Position numbers and translations under genes: made by a program
Part shown: positions 6,477-14,625 of the stretch, piece by piece
How positions within the stretch are numbered: position 1 is the stretch's first letter
Layout: each line of letters begins with the position of its first letter
NCBI GenBank assembly: GCA_012798185.1
Contig: JAAZNS010000508.1
Span: 1 to 41,824 of the forward strand
Length of the DNA stretch: 41,824 nt
Origin: Chloroflexota bacterium
GTDB lineage: Bacteria; Chloroflexota; Anaerolineae; Anaerolineales; UBA4823
Direction: 5' to 3'
Notes under the pieces: generated by a model
What the model was told of the DNA's origin: nothing
The model's input: only the letters and a program-made list of their open reading frames with translations
Databases searched by the model: none

Positions 6477-8831
6477 ATGACATTCAACGCTAGTCAATCG
6501 ATCGATGAAAAATACATTGAGTTATCACATTTTTTTCATTATTGGGAAAAAACTAAAGATTTGATCGATAACATACTAGATATTATCTTAAATTACCGCC
6601 AATCAGGACATCCAGGCGGCTCTCGGTCTAAAGTCCATGCCCTGGTCACGTTATTATTAAGCGGCGCTATGCGTTTTGATATCCGCCATCCGGAAAAACG
6701 CTTCGGTGACCGGTTTATCCTGGCTGGCGGGCATACCATCCCGCTGATTTATTGTATGCTGGCAGTGTTCAACGAAGCTTTACGCATCAAGTACCGCCAA
6801 ACTGAAGATAAGCGTTATTTAATTCCCAATAGAGACCGTACATTGTTATGGGAAGATTTACTCACCTTCCGCAAAAGAGGGGGGTTATCCGGTCATGCTG
6901 AAATGGAAGGGAAAACCTTGTTCCTGAAATTTAACACCGGACCGAGCGGACATGGCTTGCCGGCAGCAGCGGGAGAGGCACTGGCGCTCAAGCGGGCTGG
7001 TGCCCAGGGCGTACGGGTTTTTGCCCTGGAAGGTGAAGGCGGCTTAACCCCTGGTGTAGTGCATGAGACCCAGAATTCCGCCTGGGGTTTAGGTTTGGAT
7101 AACTTCTATCTGCTGGTGGATTGGAACGATTATGGTATCGACCCGCACCGCACCAGCAGTGTGATATATGGGACCCCTGAAGATTGGTTCGGCGCGCATG
7201 GCTGGCGGGTATTGGGCACCGAAGACGGCATGGCATGGGAATCCCTCACCCGTATGATTTTAGAAATGGTGTTCGGAGAAAATGGCAATAAAGCACCGAA
7301 TATCGGCTGGTTCAAGACCCGCAAAGGGCGCGGTTACTATAAATACGATAATGCTTCCCATGGCGTGCCTCACAAGATCAACAGCGAACCCTATTGGCAG
7401 ACCAAACGGGAATTTGCCGAAAAATATAACGTACAATTTGCTAACTTTGGCGGCCAAGCCCCCAAAGATGCTAAAGCGCTGCAAGAAGAATTCCGCCAGA
7501 ACCTGCAGGTGGTAATGTCGGTATTACAAAACGATCAGGCACTGGTGGATTATTTGGCAGATACACTCACAGCTATAGGTGACAGCGTTCCTGAGCAAAT
7601 CCCCTCGTTTCAACTGGGTAAACGCGGCAACCCCTTTGAGGATGAGCGCTTGTATGATTACCGTAATTATCCGGCAGACCTTTATGCGCCGCCGGGAGCT
7701 TCCCTTGCCAATAGAGCCGGTCTGGCGAAGTGGGGCGCCTGGGTAAATGCCTTTGGCGCCAAAGAATATGGCAGACCGCTCTTCCTGGCGGCTTCGGCTG
7801 ACCTGGCAGAATCGACCAATATCGTCGGCTTTGCCCAAGCCTTTGGCGATTTTCCCGGCTATGGCTGGTATGAACGCAACAGCAATCCCAATGGCGTTTT
7901 ACTGCCTCAGGAGATCACAGAGTTCGCCAATGCCGGAATTCTGGCTGGGATGGCAACGGTAAATTTTGCCGAAGACCCCGATAATCACTTCGATGGTTTC
8001 TGGGGAGCATGCTCAACCTATGGTTCGTTTTCCTATTTGAAATATGGCGTTTTTCGTCTGCTCAGCCAACTTGCCCAAGATTGTCAGTGGAAAATTGGCA
8101 AGGTAATCTGGGTGGCAGGACATTCCGGACCTGAGACCGCCGATGACAGCCGCACCCATTTCGGCATTTTCTCGCCAGGTGTCACTCAGCTTTTTCCAGA
8201 GGGGCAGATCATCAATATTCATCCCTGGGAATTCAACGAGGTGCCGGTGCTGCTGGGCGCGGCATTGAAACGCCCAGTACCCATTGTGGCGCTGCATCTC
8301 ACTCGTCCGCCAATTAATGTGCCCGACCGGCAGGCGCTGGGCATTCCCTCCCATTTTGAGGCAGCTCGGGGGGCATATATCGTTCGGGATTACAAGCCTG
8401 GTTTGCCCAAACAAGGTACGTTCTTCGTTCAAGGCACCAGCGCCATGGTATCGATTTTGAACGTCCTGCCTGAACTGGAAAAACAAAATCTGAACGTAAA
8501 AATCATCAATGTTGCCAGTACGCAGCTATTCAATTGCCAGCCGGCTGATTACCGCGATAAAGTGCTGTCGCCCGGCGATAAGGCAAATTCAACCGTCATT
8601 ACCACCCAGGCGCGCTGGCTGATGCACGATTGGCTTTTCAACAAGGTCGCCGAGAGCTATGCCTTGTCTTCCGATTGGGATAACCGCTGGCGCACCGGCG
8701 GGGATGTAAATGATGTGATCGAGGAGGCTCACCTTTCACCGGAATGGGTGTTGAAGGGAATTCGGAAGTTCGCCGAAGAAAAAGAAGAGCGATTGAGGCT
8801 TTTACGGGAAGAAGTTGAGGCGGTAAGGTAA
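6477..8831 (+). CDS. Transketolase-family thiamine-diphosphate enzyme, atypically long (784 aa)
   Basis: SGHPGGS and FILAGGHTIPLIY (TPP/pyrimidine-binding N-terminal motifs) are present. The metal/TPP motif is LEGEGGLTPGVVHE...LLVDWNDYGID. A central Pyr domain and a C-terminal domain follow. RBS AAGGAG lies 6 nt upstream of ATG 6477. Confidence 0.8.
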   Translation: MTFNASQSIDEKYIELSHFFHYWEKTKDLIDNILDIILNYRQSGHPGGSRSKVHALVTLLLSGAMRFDIRHPEKRFGDRFILAGGHTIPLIYCMLAVFNEALRIKYRQTEDKRYLIPNRDRTLLWEDLLTFRKRGGLSGHAEMEGKTLFLKFNTGPSGHGLPAAAGEALALKRAGAQGVRVFALEGEGGLTPGVVHETQNSAWGLGLDNFYLLVDWNDYGIDPHRTSSVIYGTPEDWFGAHGWRVLGTEDGMAWESLTRMILEMVFGENGNKAPNIGWFKTRKGRGYYKYDNASHGVPHKINSEPYWQTKREFAEKYNVQFANFGGQAPKDAKALQEEFRQNLQVVMSVLQNDQALVDYLADTLTAIGDSVPEQIPSFQLGKRGNPFEDERLYDYRNYPADLYAPPGASLANRAGLAKWGAWVNAFGAKEYGRPLFLAASADLAESTNIVGFAQAFGDFPGYGWYERNSNPNGVLLPQEITEFANAGILAGMATVNFAEDPDNHFDGFWGACSTYGSFSYLKYGVFRLLSQLAQDCQWKIGKVIWVAGHSGPETADDSRTHFGIFSPGVTQLFPEGQIINIHPWEFNEVPVLLGAALKRPVPIVALHLTRPPINVPDRQALGIPSHFEAARGAYIVRDYKPGLPKQGTFFVQGTSAMVSILNVLPELEKQNLNVKIINVASTQLFNCQPADYRDKVLSPGDKANSTVITTQARWLMHDWLFNKVAESYALSSDWDNRWRTGGDVNDVIEEAHLSPEWVLKGIRKFAEEKEERLRLLREEVEAVR

Positions 8832-8846
8832 TTGGTTTTAATCTTC

Positions 8847-8964
8847 GGGGCTGTCTTAAAAGTAAGCTGTCACCCTGAGCGAAGCGAAGGGTCTTTTCAT
8901 TGCATAACATAAAATTGATGTTTCGCTGGGCCAACATGACAAAATCGACTTTTTGGACAGCCCC
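8847..8964 (-). repeat. Nested-palindrome element, copy 3 (inverted orientation, diverged, 118 bp)
   Basis: The reverse complement aligns along its whole length with copies 1 and 2, sharing GGGGCTGTC... termini and the GACCCTTCGCTTCGCTCAGGGTGACAGC core. It starts 16 nt after the transketolase-like stop. Confidence 0.85.
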
Positions 8965-9047
8965 TATCGGGAATAAAACCCGCAAAACGGGTTTGATATA
9001 CACAGCCGGGGGGATGAATCCCCTGGATATATTTGGCTTACCCAATA

Positions 9048-9428
9048 ATGGAAAGGCTGATTTTCGATCACCTTGCTATTCCCACTCCCCCAACCCATTT
9101 AACTTGTCGGTGTGCAGCAAATCATTAGTAACTCTGACGGCTTCGAATCTTTATTGCGCATCTACGGAAATCTCTTTGCACGATTGACCCGTGAAGTACA
9201 CCACACCGACGGCCTCACCGGTTATGTTGGTTTTCAAAACTCCGTGGGTGAGGGAGCCGTCATGCATTTTTTGGGTATCGAAGTAAAAAAATTTAGAATA
9301 TCCCGGCTGGACTGATACCGTGGGGATTGAATGGCAGGTATCGGACCGCCTGGGAAAATAGGCAAGGATGCAATGTTGCCCTGCACCGAGATGAGATTGT
9401 ATGGCAGTGGTTCAGTTTTTCATTATAA
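9048..9428 (+). pseudogene. Possible decayed small gene: protein-like fragments spread over several frames
   Basis: Three fragments are visible. Frame 0 at 9048-9128 reads MERLIFDHLAIPTPP.... Frame 1 at 9112-9315 reads ...LLRIYGNLFARL...MHFLGIEVKK. Frame 0 at 9297-9428 reads NIPAGLIPWG...IVWQWF. The second junction coincides with an A7 homopolymer (9285-9291). No confident family assignment. Confidence 0.25.
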
Positions 9429-9643
9429 TTCTGGCAGTCATGGATTTTCGCCGCCTGCCTTATAACCTTGCCTCGCTCAGCAAGCCATCGCGATGGTTAT
9501 TTTATATCGCCTTGGTTTTAATTGGGCTATACTGCGGTTTCAATTTAATTTTCGCGGTTGGAGAAATGGCAGGCGGTGATATGAGCGGCGCATCTCATCG
9601 TTTTTCGGAGGACAACCCTTTTTATTTCCGGGTATATTACTGA
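9401..9643 (+). CDS. Hypothetical small membrane protein (80 aa, two hydrophobic segments); doubtful
   Basis: The call rests on ORF length and hydrophobicity only. There is no recognisable RBS or family, and it overlaps the decayed region. Confidence 0.25.
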   Translation: MAVVQFFIIILAVMDFRRLPYNLASLSKPSRWLFYIALVLIGLYCGFNLIFAVGEMAGGDMSGASHRFSEDNPFYFRVYY

Positions 9644-9697
9644 TGCTGGCGGTAAGGAAACCGGCTCATAATCCATGACTATGCATTAATCCATTAT

Positions 9698-10627
9698 ATG
9701 AATTTCCATTTTATGAAACAAATAATAATTTTCTTCTTTTTTGTATTGTTAGCTGTTTCATGCACGCCTGCAGCCCCCGCGCAGCAGGCAGCCGGGTTGA
9801 TTTTAACGCCTCCTGTTACGGCTGTGGCAGTAACCCCTAAAATGATTACGCCACCAATAACTGGCTCACCCACGATTACACCAACGCGAACGAAGACTCC
9901 TACAGTGACCCCCCTCGCATGTTGGAATCAAAACGGCGAGAATGTGAATGGGGAGCTGAAAACTGAGTTGTTGCGCCAGCCTTTGGAATATTTGGTGCAC
10001 CTGCCGCCCTGCTACGATGAGCAGCCCGAACGCCGCTACCCGGTGTTGTACCTGATTCATGGTCAGAGTTACGACCAGTTCCAATGGCAGAGGCTTGGCG
10101 CCTCTGAAACGATGGATAAATTATCGGCTTCCGGCGAGATTGCGCCTTTCATCATCATCATGCCGCGTGACCGGTTATGGGAACCGCCCAATATCGATTT
10201 GTTTGGTCAGGTGGTGATTGACGAATTGATCCCTGCCATCGACGAGCAATACCGCACCCTGGCAGGGCGCGAGTTCCGCGCAGTGGGAGGGCTTTCCCGC
10301 GGTGCGGGCTGGGCAGTGCACCTGGGGATTACAGAGTGGGAATTGTTTGGGGCGCTTGGCGCTCATAGTCTGGCATTATTTGATGTCGATGCCCAATACA
10401 GCCGCCAGCGCCTGGCTGAAATCCCCCCAGATAAACTACCCCGCATCTATGTCGATATCGGCGAGAAAGACCGGCCCAACATCATGCGTTCGGCATTATG
10501 GTTCGCGCAGCTGCTTACCGATGGCAACATTCCTCATGTCTGGAACCTGTATCAGGGCTATCATGAGGAGGGCTATTGGAGGGCACATATCGAGGAATAT
10601 ATCCGTTGGTATGCGGAGGAGTGGTGA
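9698..10627 (+). CDS. Secreted lipoprotein esterase (esterase D / enterochelin-esterase-like 'putative esterase' alpha/beta hydrolase)
   Basis: A lipobox signal is present (FFFFVLLAVSC). A Thr/Pro-rich linker follows, then YPVLYLIHGQSY and the nucleophile-elbow-like GGLSRGAGWA. The alternative start is ATG 9713. Confidence 0.75.
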   Translation: MNFHFMKQIIIFFFFVLLAVSCTPAAPAQQAAGLILTPPVTAVAVTPKMITPPITGSPTITPTRTKTPTVTPLACWNQNGENVNGELKTELLRQPLEYLVHLPPCYDEQPERRYPVLYLIHGQSYDQFQWQRLGASETMDKLSASGEIAPFIIIMPRDRLWEPPNIDLFGQVVIDELIPAIDEQYRTLAGREFRAVGGLSRGAGWAVHLGITEWELFGALGAHSLALFDVDAQYSRQRLAEIPPDKLPRIYVDIGEKDRPNIMRSALWFAQLLTDGNIPHVWNLYQGYHEEGYWRAHIEEYIRWYAEEW

Positions 10628-10758
10628 AGTTGACCTGGTCTGAACGCCCCCCGATGACAAATCCGAAGCTGGTTTATGTTTTTTGTTTATTCCGGTTTTT
10701 ATGGTGTGCTACAATTGAATTAATATAAATCGACGCTTATCATAGGAGAGATTGCGGG

Positions 10759-11610
10759 ATGGGAATGTGGCAGGAAGGCGATATCACCGATAATGATTTG
10801 CGGCTGCACTATTACCGAACAGGGGGTGTAAAACCACCGGTTGTGTGTGTGCATGGTTTTACCGATAATGCATTGTATTGGATCAGCGTAGCCCAGGCGC
10901 TGGAAAGCGCCTATGATGTGGTCATGTACGATGCACGCGGCCATGGTTCATCCGACCGGGCAAAGGGACAATTTACCGAGCAGGATCGCGTCGATGATCT
11001 CTTGCGGGTGATTCGGGCTCTAAACTTGGAGCAGCCTGGCTTGATTGGGCATTCCATGGGAGCTGCTACGATTGCCAGCGCCGTCGCTCAACAACCTGGT
11101 CTGGCGCGTTGGGCGGTGCTGGAAGACCCTGCCTGGATGGATATGCCTGTGCCCTCTTCTGTTCACGAAGCTGCTAAAATCGTGCAGGAGCGTTTTGCGC
11201 ATTTCGAAACCTGGCGGGAATGGGTCACCGGTTTGCAGGTTGCGCCTTGGAAGCAGGCGCTGCAATGGCTGAGGAGCCGCTCGCCGCGCTGGTCGGAAGC
11301 TGATGCCAAACGGTCGCTTTATGCCCGCCGGCAGTTCGAAATGGATTTATTTAACATTTTCCCACATGAAGGTATGGAATGGCGGGAAGTGGTGAGACAT
11401 ATCAGCACGCCCTTTTTGTTATTGACTGCTGAGGTAAGCCAGGGGGGCGTGGTCACGCCGCAAATCGCACAGGAAGCTGCGCACATGGTGCCAGCCTGCC
11501 GGTGGGTGCACATCGAAGGAACTGGGCACAGCATCCGCTTCGATGATTTCGAAGCATATTTTCGGGCGGTCAAGTCCTTTTTGGGGGAGATCGATAATGT
11601 TGATTTGTAA
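10759..11610 (+). CDS. Alpha/beta-fold hydrolase
   Basis: The oxyanion region VVCVHGFTDN, the nucleophile elbow GHSMGA and the C-terminal GTGHSI (catalytic His region) are all present. RBS AGGAGAG lies 8 nt upstream. Confidence 0.8.
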   Translation: MGMWQEGDITDNDLRLHYYRTGGVKPPVVCVHGFTDNALYWISVAQALESAYDVVMYDARGHGSSDRAKGQFTEQDRVDDLLRVIRALNLEQPGLIGHSMGAATIASAVAQQPGLARWAVLEDPAWMDMPVPSSVHEAAKIVQERFAHFETWREWVTGLQVAPWKQALQWLRSRSPRWSEADAKRSLYARRQFEMDLFNIFPHEGMEWREVVRHISTPFLLLTAEVSQGGVVTPQIAQEAAHMVPACRWVHIEGTGHSIRFDDFEAYFRAVKSFLGEIDNVDL

Positions 11611-11681
11611 TTCGGTGCAAGCAGCGGAGCGTTTTCAAAGGAAGTCCATTGCCCTGAGCGGACAACCCCAGTAGGGTTTAT

Positions 11682-12398
11682 TCAGCGGTAAGCAGAACAA
11701 ATGCTGGCAAAATTTTGAAGCAGCGCTGCGCTGACGGGTGTTTCGCATACTTGCGCTGACAATTCATCCGCATCCTGACCCTCATCGATCAAAACCTGAC
11801 GAAAATGGCTGATGTAATAGTGCATTACTTCAGCATCGAATTCGGGATGGAACTGCACCCCCCAGGCGTTTTTATATACAAATGCCTGACAACTGTCTTT
11901 GCTGCTTAATGCCAGCAGTTTTGCACCAGGAGGCAGGATCAGCACGGTTTGTTTATGGCAGACCTGAGCGAGAAAATCACTGCTCATTGGTTTAAAGAGA
12001 GTGTCATCGAATGCACTGCCAAGCGGTGTTATCGTGGTTGTACCATATTCACTGCCGCGGGGGTTATCGCCTACCTCGCCACCCAAAGCATAAGCAAGTA
12101 ATTGATGCCCATAGCAAATACCCAGCACGGGTAACCCGGCATCGACAGCTTTTGCCAGCCAGCGGGCGGTCATCTCGCTCCAGGGTAAATGGGCGGTGAC
12201 CATACAGGGCGAGCCGGTGATGACCGTGCCGGCAAAAATCTCGGATTCTGGCAGGCTTGTTCCGGTGGTTACATCGATGACCTGAAAAGTGTACTGTTTA
12301 CCCATCCGGGTGGATATCCAGTCTTCGAAATCCCCTTTTCGAGCGGAAAGCCCGGGCAGTGTACTTCCGGTTTTGATGATCAAGATCGGTTTGGGCAT
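11682..12398 (-). CDS. Class I (type 1) glutamine amidotransferase, GuaA-N-terminal-like stand-alone protein
   Basis: The catalytic Cys motif LGICYGHQLLA and the QFHPEF His/Glu motif are present. The track start is TTG 12404. ATG 12398 with an upstream GAGG is preferred. Confidence 0.8.
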   Translation of the reverse strand: MPKPILIIKTGSTLPGLSARKGDFEDWISTRMGKQYTFQVIDVTTGTSLPESEIFAGTVITGSPCMVTAHLPWSEMTARWLAKAVDAGLPVLGICYGHQLLAYALGGEVGDNPRGSEYGTTTITPLGSAFDDTLFKPMSSDFLAQVCHKQTVLILPPGAKLLALSSKDSCQAFVYKNAWGVQFHPEFDAEVMHYYISHFRQVLIDEGQDADELSAQVCETPVSAALLQNFASICSAYR

Positions 12399-12540
12399 AC
12401 TCAATGGCCTCGTTATTTATCTGAAGTGGAAGCGATCACAAGCGGCAAATATAAATTCAATTTATTATCAATTTGAGGCATCGCTAAAGTGGCTGCTGTC
12501 CCTACGGCTGCGCGCACAATATTTACAAAATAGGTCTGGT

Positions 12541-12957
12541 TTAGGTAAGCCAACTTATCGTTTTTGGTGTGGTATAGGGGTTGAAATCATCGTAATCATC
12601 CTCGATGGCAAGGATACCGGGGTAATCCTTATTCCAAAAAGGGGAGTGGTCGCTGGCATTTTCGCCGTCAGCCAGCACTTTTGGGGATAAATGGGCGGAT
12701 AATCCATAATATTCGACTACGCCCATAAATATGTTAGCAATGCTAAGATCTTGCGCGTATAAAGGATGGGTAGGGATGCGCGTATGCAAGTTGACTTGGG
12801 AACCATCTATCCCATCCCAGGCAATCATATCCAGATTTAAAACGGCAACAATATTTTCATTGTTCAATTTTACCCAATCGGCATAGGCTTTGCTGCCGCA
12901 CAATCCCTGCTCTTCGCCGGTGAATATGACAAACCGTAAAGTGCGCTCGAATTCATA
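12541..12957 (-). pseudogene. M28-family aminopeptidase, C-terminal fragment (follows in-frame TAA at 12958-12960)
   Basis: The same frame reads YEFERTLRFVIFTGEEQGLCGSKAY (EE..GL.GS motif), LNLDMIAWDG and ASDHSPFW, which are M28 metal-ligand motifs. Confidence 0.75.
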
Positions 12958-13680
12958 TTAACTGAGGATATCAGCAGCCGTAAAAACACCCACGACGCCG
13001 CTGGCGTTATCATCCGCGCCGGGCGCCGCACCGCTGCTGGGCATGTCATCGATATGGGCGGTGATCAATATGATCTGGCTAGCCAGCAAATTTCCTGGCA
13101 GCTCGCTAATCACATTGCGCATATTGGATAGTCCGCATTTGCTCCAGGTGTAATATTCCGTCGAGAAACCGTGGGCTTGGAAATATTCATAGGCAAACTG
13201 AGTGGCTTTCCCGATGGCGATTGAATTTGCCGAATGACGGGTGGTAAATGTGTAGGGAGAACCGCCGATCGTCGTCTGCCAGTTGCCAGCCAATTGACCG
13301 GTGAGGGTGTAAACCGTGTTGGCGTCTACCTGCGAGATCATATCAGCAATATCCTGGTTGTAGCCTTCATTCCACAGAGTAAATGAATGCGCCGGCGTCA
13401 GGGTTATCGGTTCTTCAGGCAGGGGCGACACCTTATAACCTGCGTTTTGCCAGGCTTGGATATCTTGCTCTTTTTGTTCATCAATGCGGATGATCCCCCT
13501 ATACCCATCAAAATACAGCCAGCATTCATTGGCGGTCAGCCTGGTATTAAATGGGTATGAACGAATTAGCCAATAATGGGCGCCTTCGGCATTTCTATCC
13601 AGGATCGCAAAATCCATTCCGTATTCTTTCAATTTCGATAAACGCTCAATAACCAAAGCATAACTGGCACCCTGTTTATC
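12958..13680 (-). pseudogene. M28-family aminopeptidase, middle fragment bounded by two in-frame TAA codons
   Basis: It ends with ILITAHIDDMPSSGAAPGADDNASGVVGVFTAADILS-TAA (H.D and GADDNASG motifs). Upstream it continues in frame through TAA at 13681-13683. Confidence 0.75.
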
Positions 13681-13842
13681 TTACAGCATAGCATAAACCG
13701 GGAGGTTTTCGATTGATTTCCAATCGGCAAATTCCACCCTTGCTAAAACATATCCATCCTGTGCAGCTGCTGCTTTAATGATCAAGCCAGTGAAAGTGAG
13801 TGCGAATACGATGGATAATAAAAAAGAGGTGGATTTTTTCAT
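13681..13842 (-). pseudogene. M28-family aminopeptidase, N-terminal fragment (signal peptide plus first ~50 aa)
   Basis: ATG 13842 gives MKKSTSFLLSIVFALTFTGLIIKAAAAQDG (signal peptide). The fragment ends ...LPVYAML-TAA, and the next codons in the same frame read DKQGASYALVIERL. Confidence 0.7.
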
Positions 13843-13919
13843 CCTGTCTCGCATTGGGGCGGCAGAAGAAATTATTAAATCGTTGACATGTGGATTAAAG
13901 CTGGCAATACACGCCCCGC

Positions 13920-14387
13920 TCAATCTCCGGTTAAAATTTTACGCTTGCGGTAGCTTTCGTAATCGGGCACCAGCCGGTCGTATTCATTATCCATCAAGGG
14001 TGAGGAGATCATGAAATCGGCGGTGGCGCGGTTACATGCAATGGGAATATTCCATACGACCGCCATGCGCAGCAGCGCTTTCACGTCCGGGTCGTGCGGT
14101 TGAGGCTCGAGGGGGTCCCAAAAGAAAATTAGGAAATCAATTTCACCATCGGCAATTTTAGCGCCGATCTGCTGATCGCCGCCCAATGGACCGCTTTGTA
14201 ATTTATTGATGGGAATACATAATTTTTTTTCCAATAATTCTCCGGTGGTGCCGGTTGCATATATGGTGTGGTGAGCTAAAAGATCATGGTTGAATTTTGC
14301 CCATTCCACCAGGTCGTGTTTTTTATTATCGTGCGCTACTAGAGCGATTTTTTTGTCATGCGCCATGGCTATTCGTTTATTCGTCAT
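13920..14387 (-). CDS. mgsA: Methylglyoxal synthase
   Basis: [61 protein letters not shown] and [13 protein letters not shown] form the full-length MgsA signature. Confidence 0.9.
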   Translation of the reverse strand: MTNKRIAMAHDKKIALVAHDNKKHDLVEWAKFNHDLLAHHTIYATGTTGELLEKKLCIPINKLQSGPLGGDQQIGAKIADGEIDFLIFFWDPLEPQPHDPDVKALLRMAVVWNIPIACNRATADFMISSPLMDNEYDRLVPDYESYRKRKILTGD

Positions 14388-14453
14388 TTTAAATCCATTC
14401 TAAGACAAGCTCAATATTCATCGAGTTTACAAGGGAGCATTATAAGCGGAGTT

Positions 14454-14567
14454 GGGGCTGTCCTAAAAGTCGATTTTGTAATGTTGAGCGTAGCGAAACA
14501 TCCCTTTTATGTAATGAATAGACCCTTCGCTTCGCTCAGGGTGACAGCCTACTTTTAGGACAGCCCC
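14454..14567 (+). repeat. 114-bp nested-palindrome element, copy 2
   Basis: 113 of 114 positions are identical to copy 1 (a single C/A difference). It lies between the HD-GYP gene stop (14626) and the mgsA start (14387). The flanking GTT/AAC extends the inverted repeat to 20 bp. Confidence 0.9.
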
Positions 14568-14625
14568 AACCGCGATTTTATATTAAAATTCAAATGATAT
14601 TGAATAATATCACAAATAATTAATA

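Noticed and set aside
8013-8486. Long antisense or alternative-frame ORFs inside large genes (for example 8013-8486, 21986-22399, 29996-30541, 31648-32070, 35878-36258 and 5140-5472)
   Set aside because: They are fully embedded in strongly supported genes. Their products are compositionally biased (Arg/Cys/Pro/Trp-rich) and lack motifs or RBS. They are typical shadow ORFs.
9130-9160. tRNA-like T-loop string GGCTTCGAATC
   Set aside because: No acceptor, D or anticodon stems can be built from the surrounding sequence, and it lies inside a protein-like reading frame fragment.
10715-10743. Sigma-70-like promoter TTGAAT-17 bp-TATCAT upstream of the alpha/beta hydrolase gene
   Set aside because: The hexamers and spacing look good, but the predicted start site would fall inside or after the AGGAGAG ribosome-binding site (10744-10750). 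This leaves an implausibly short leader, so it is not reported as a feature.
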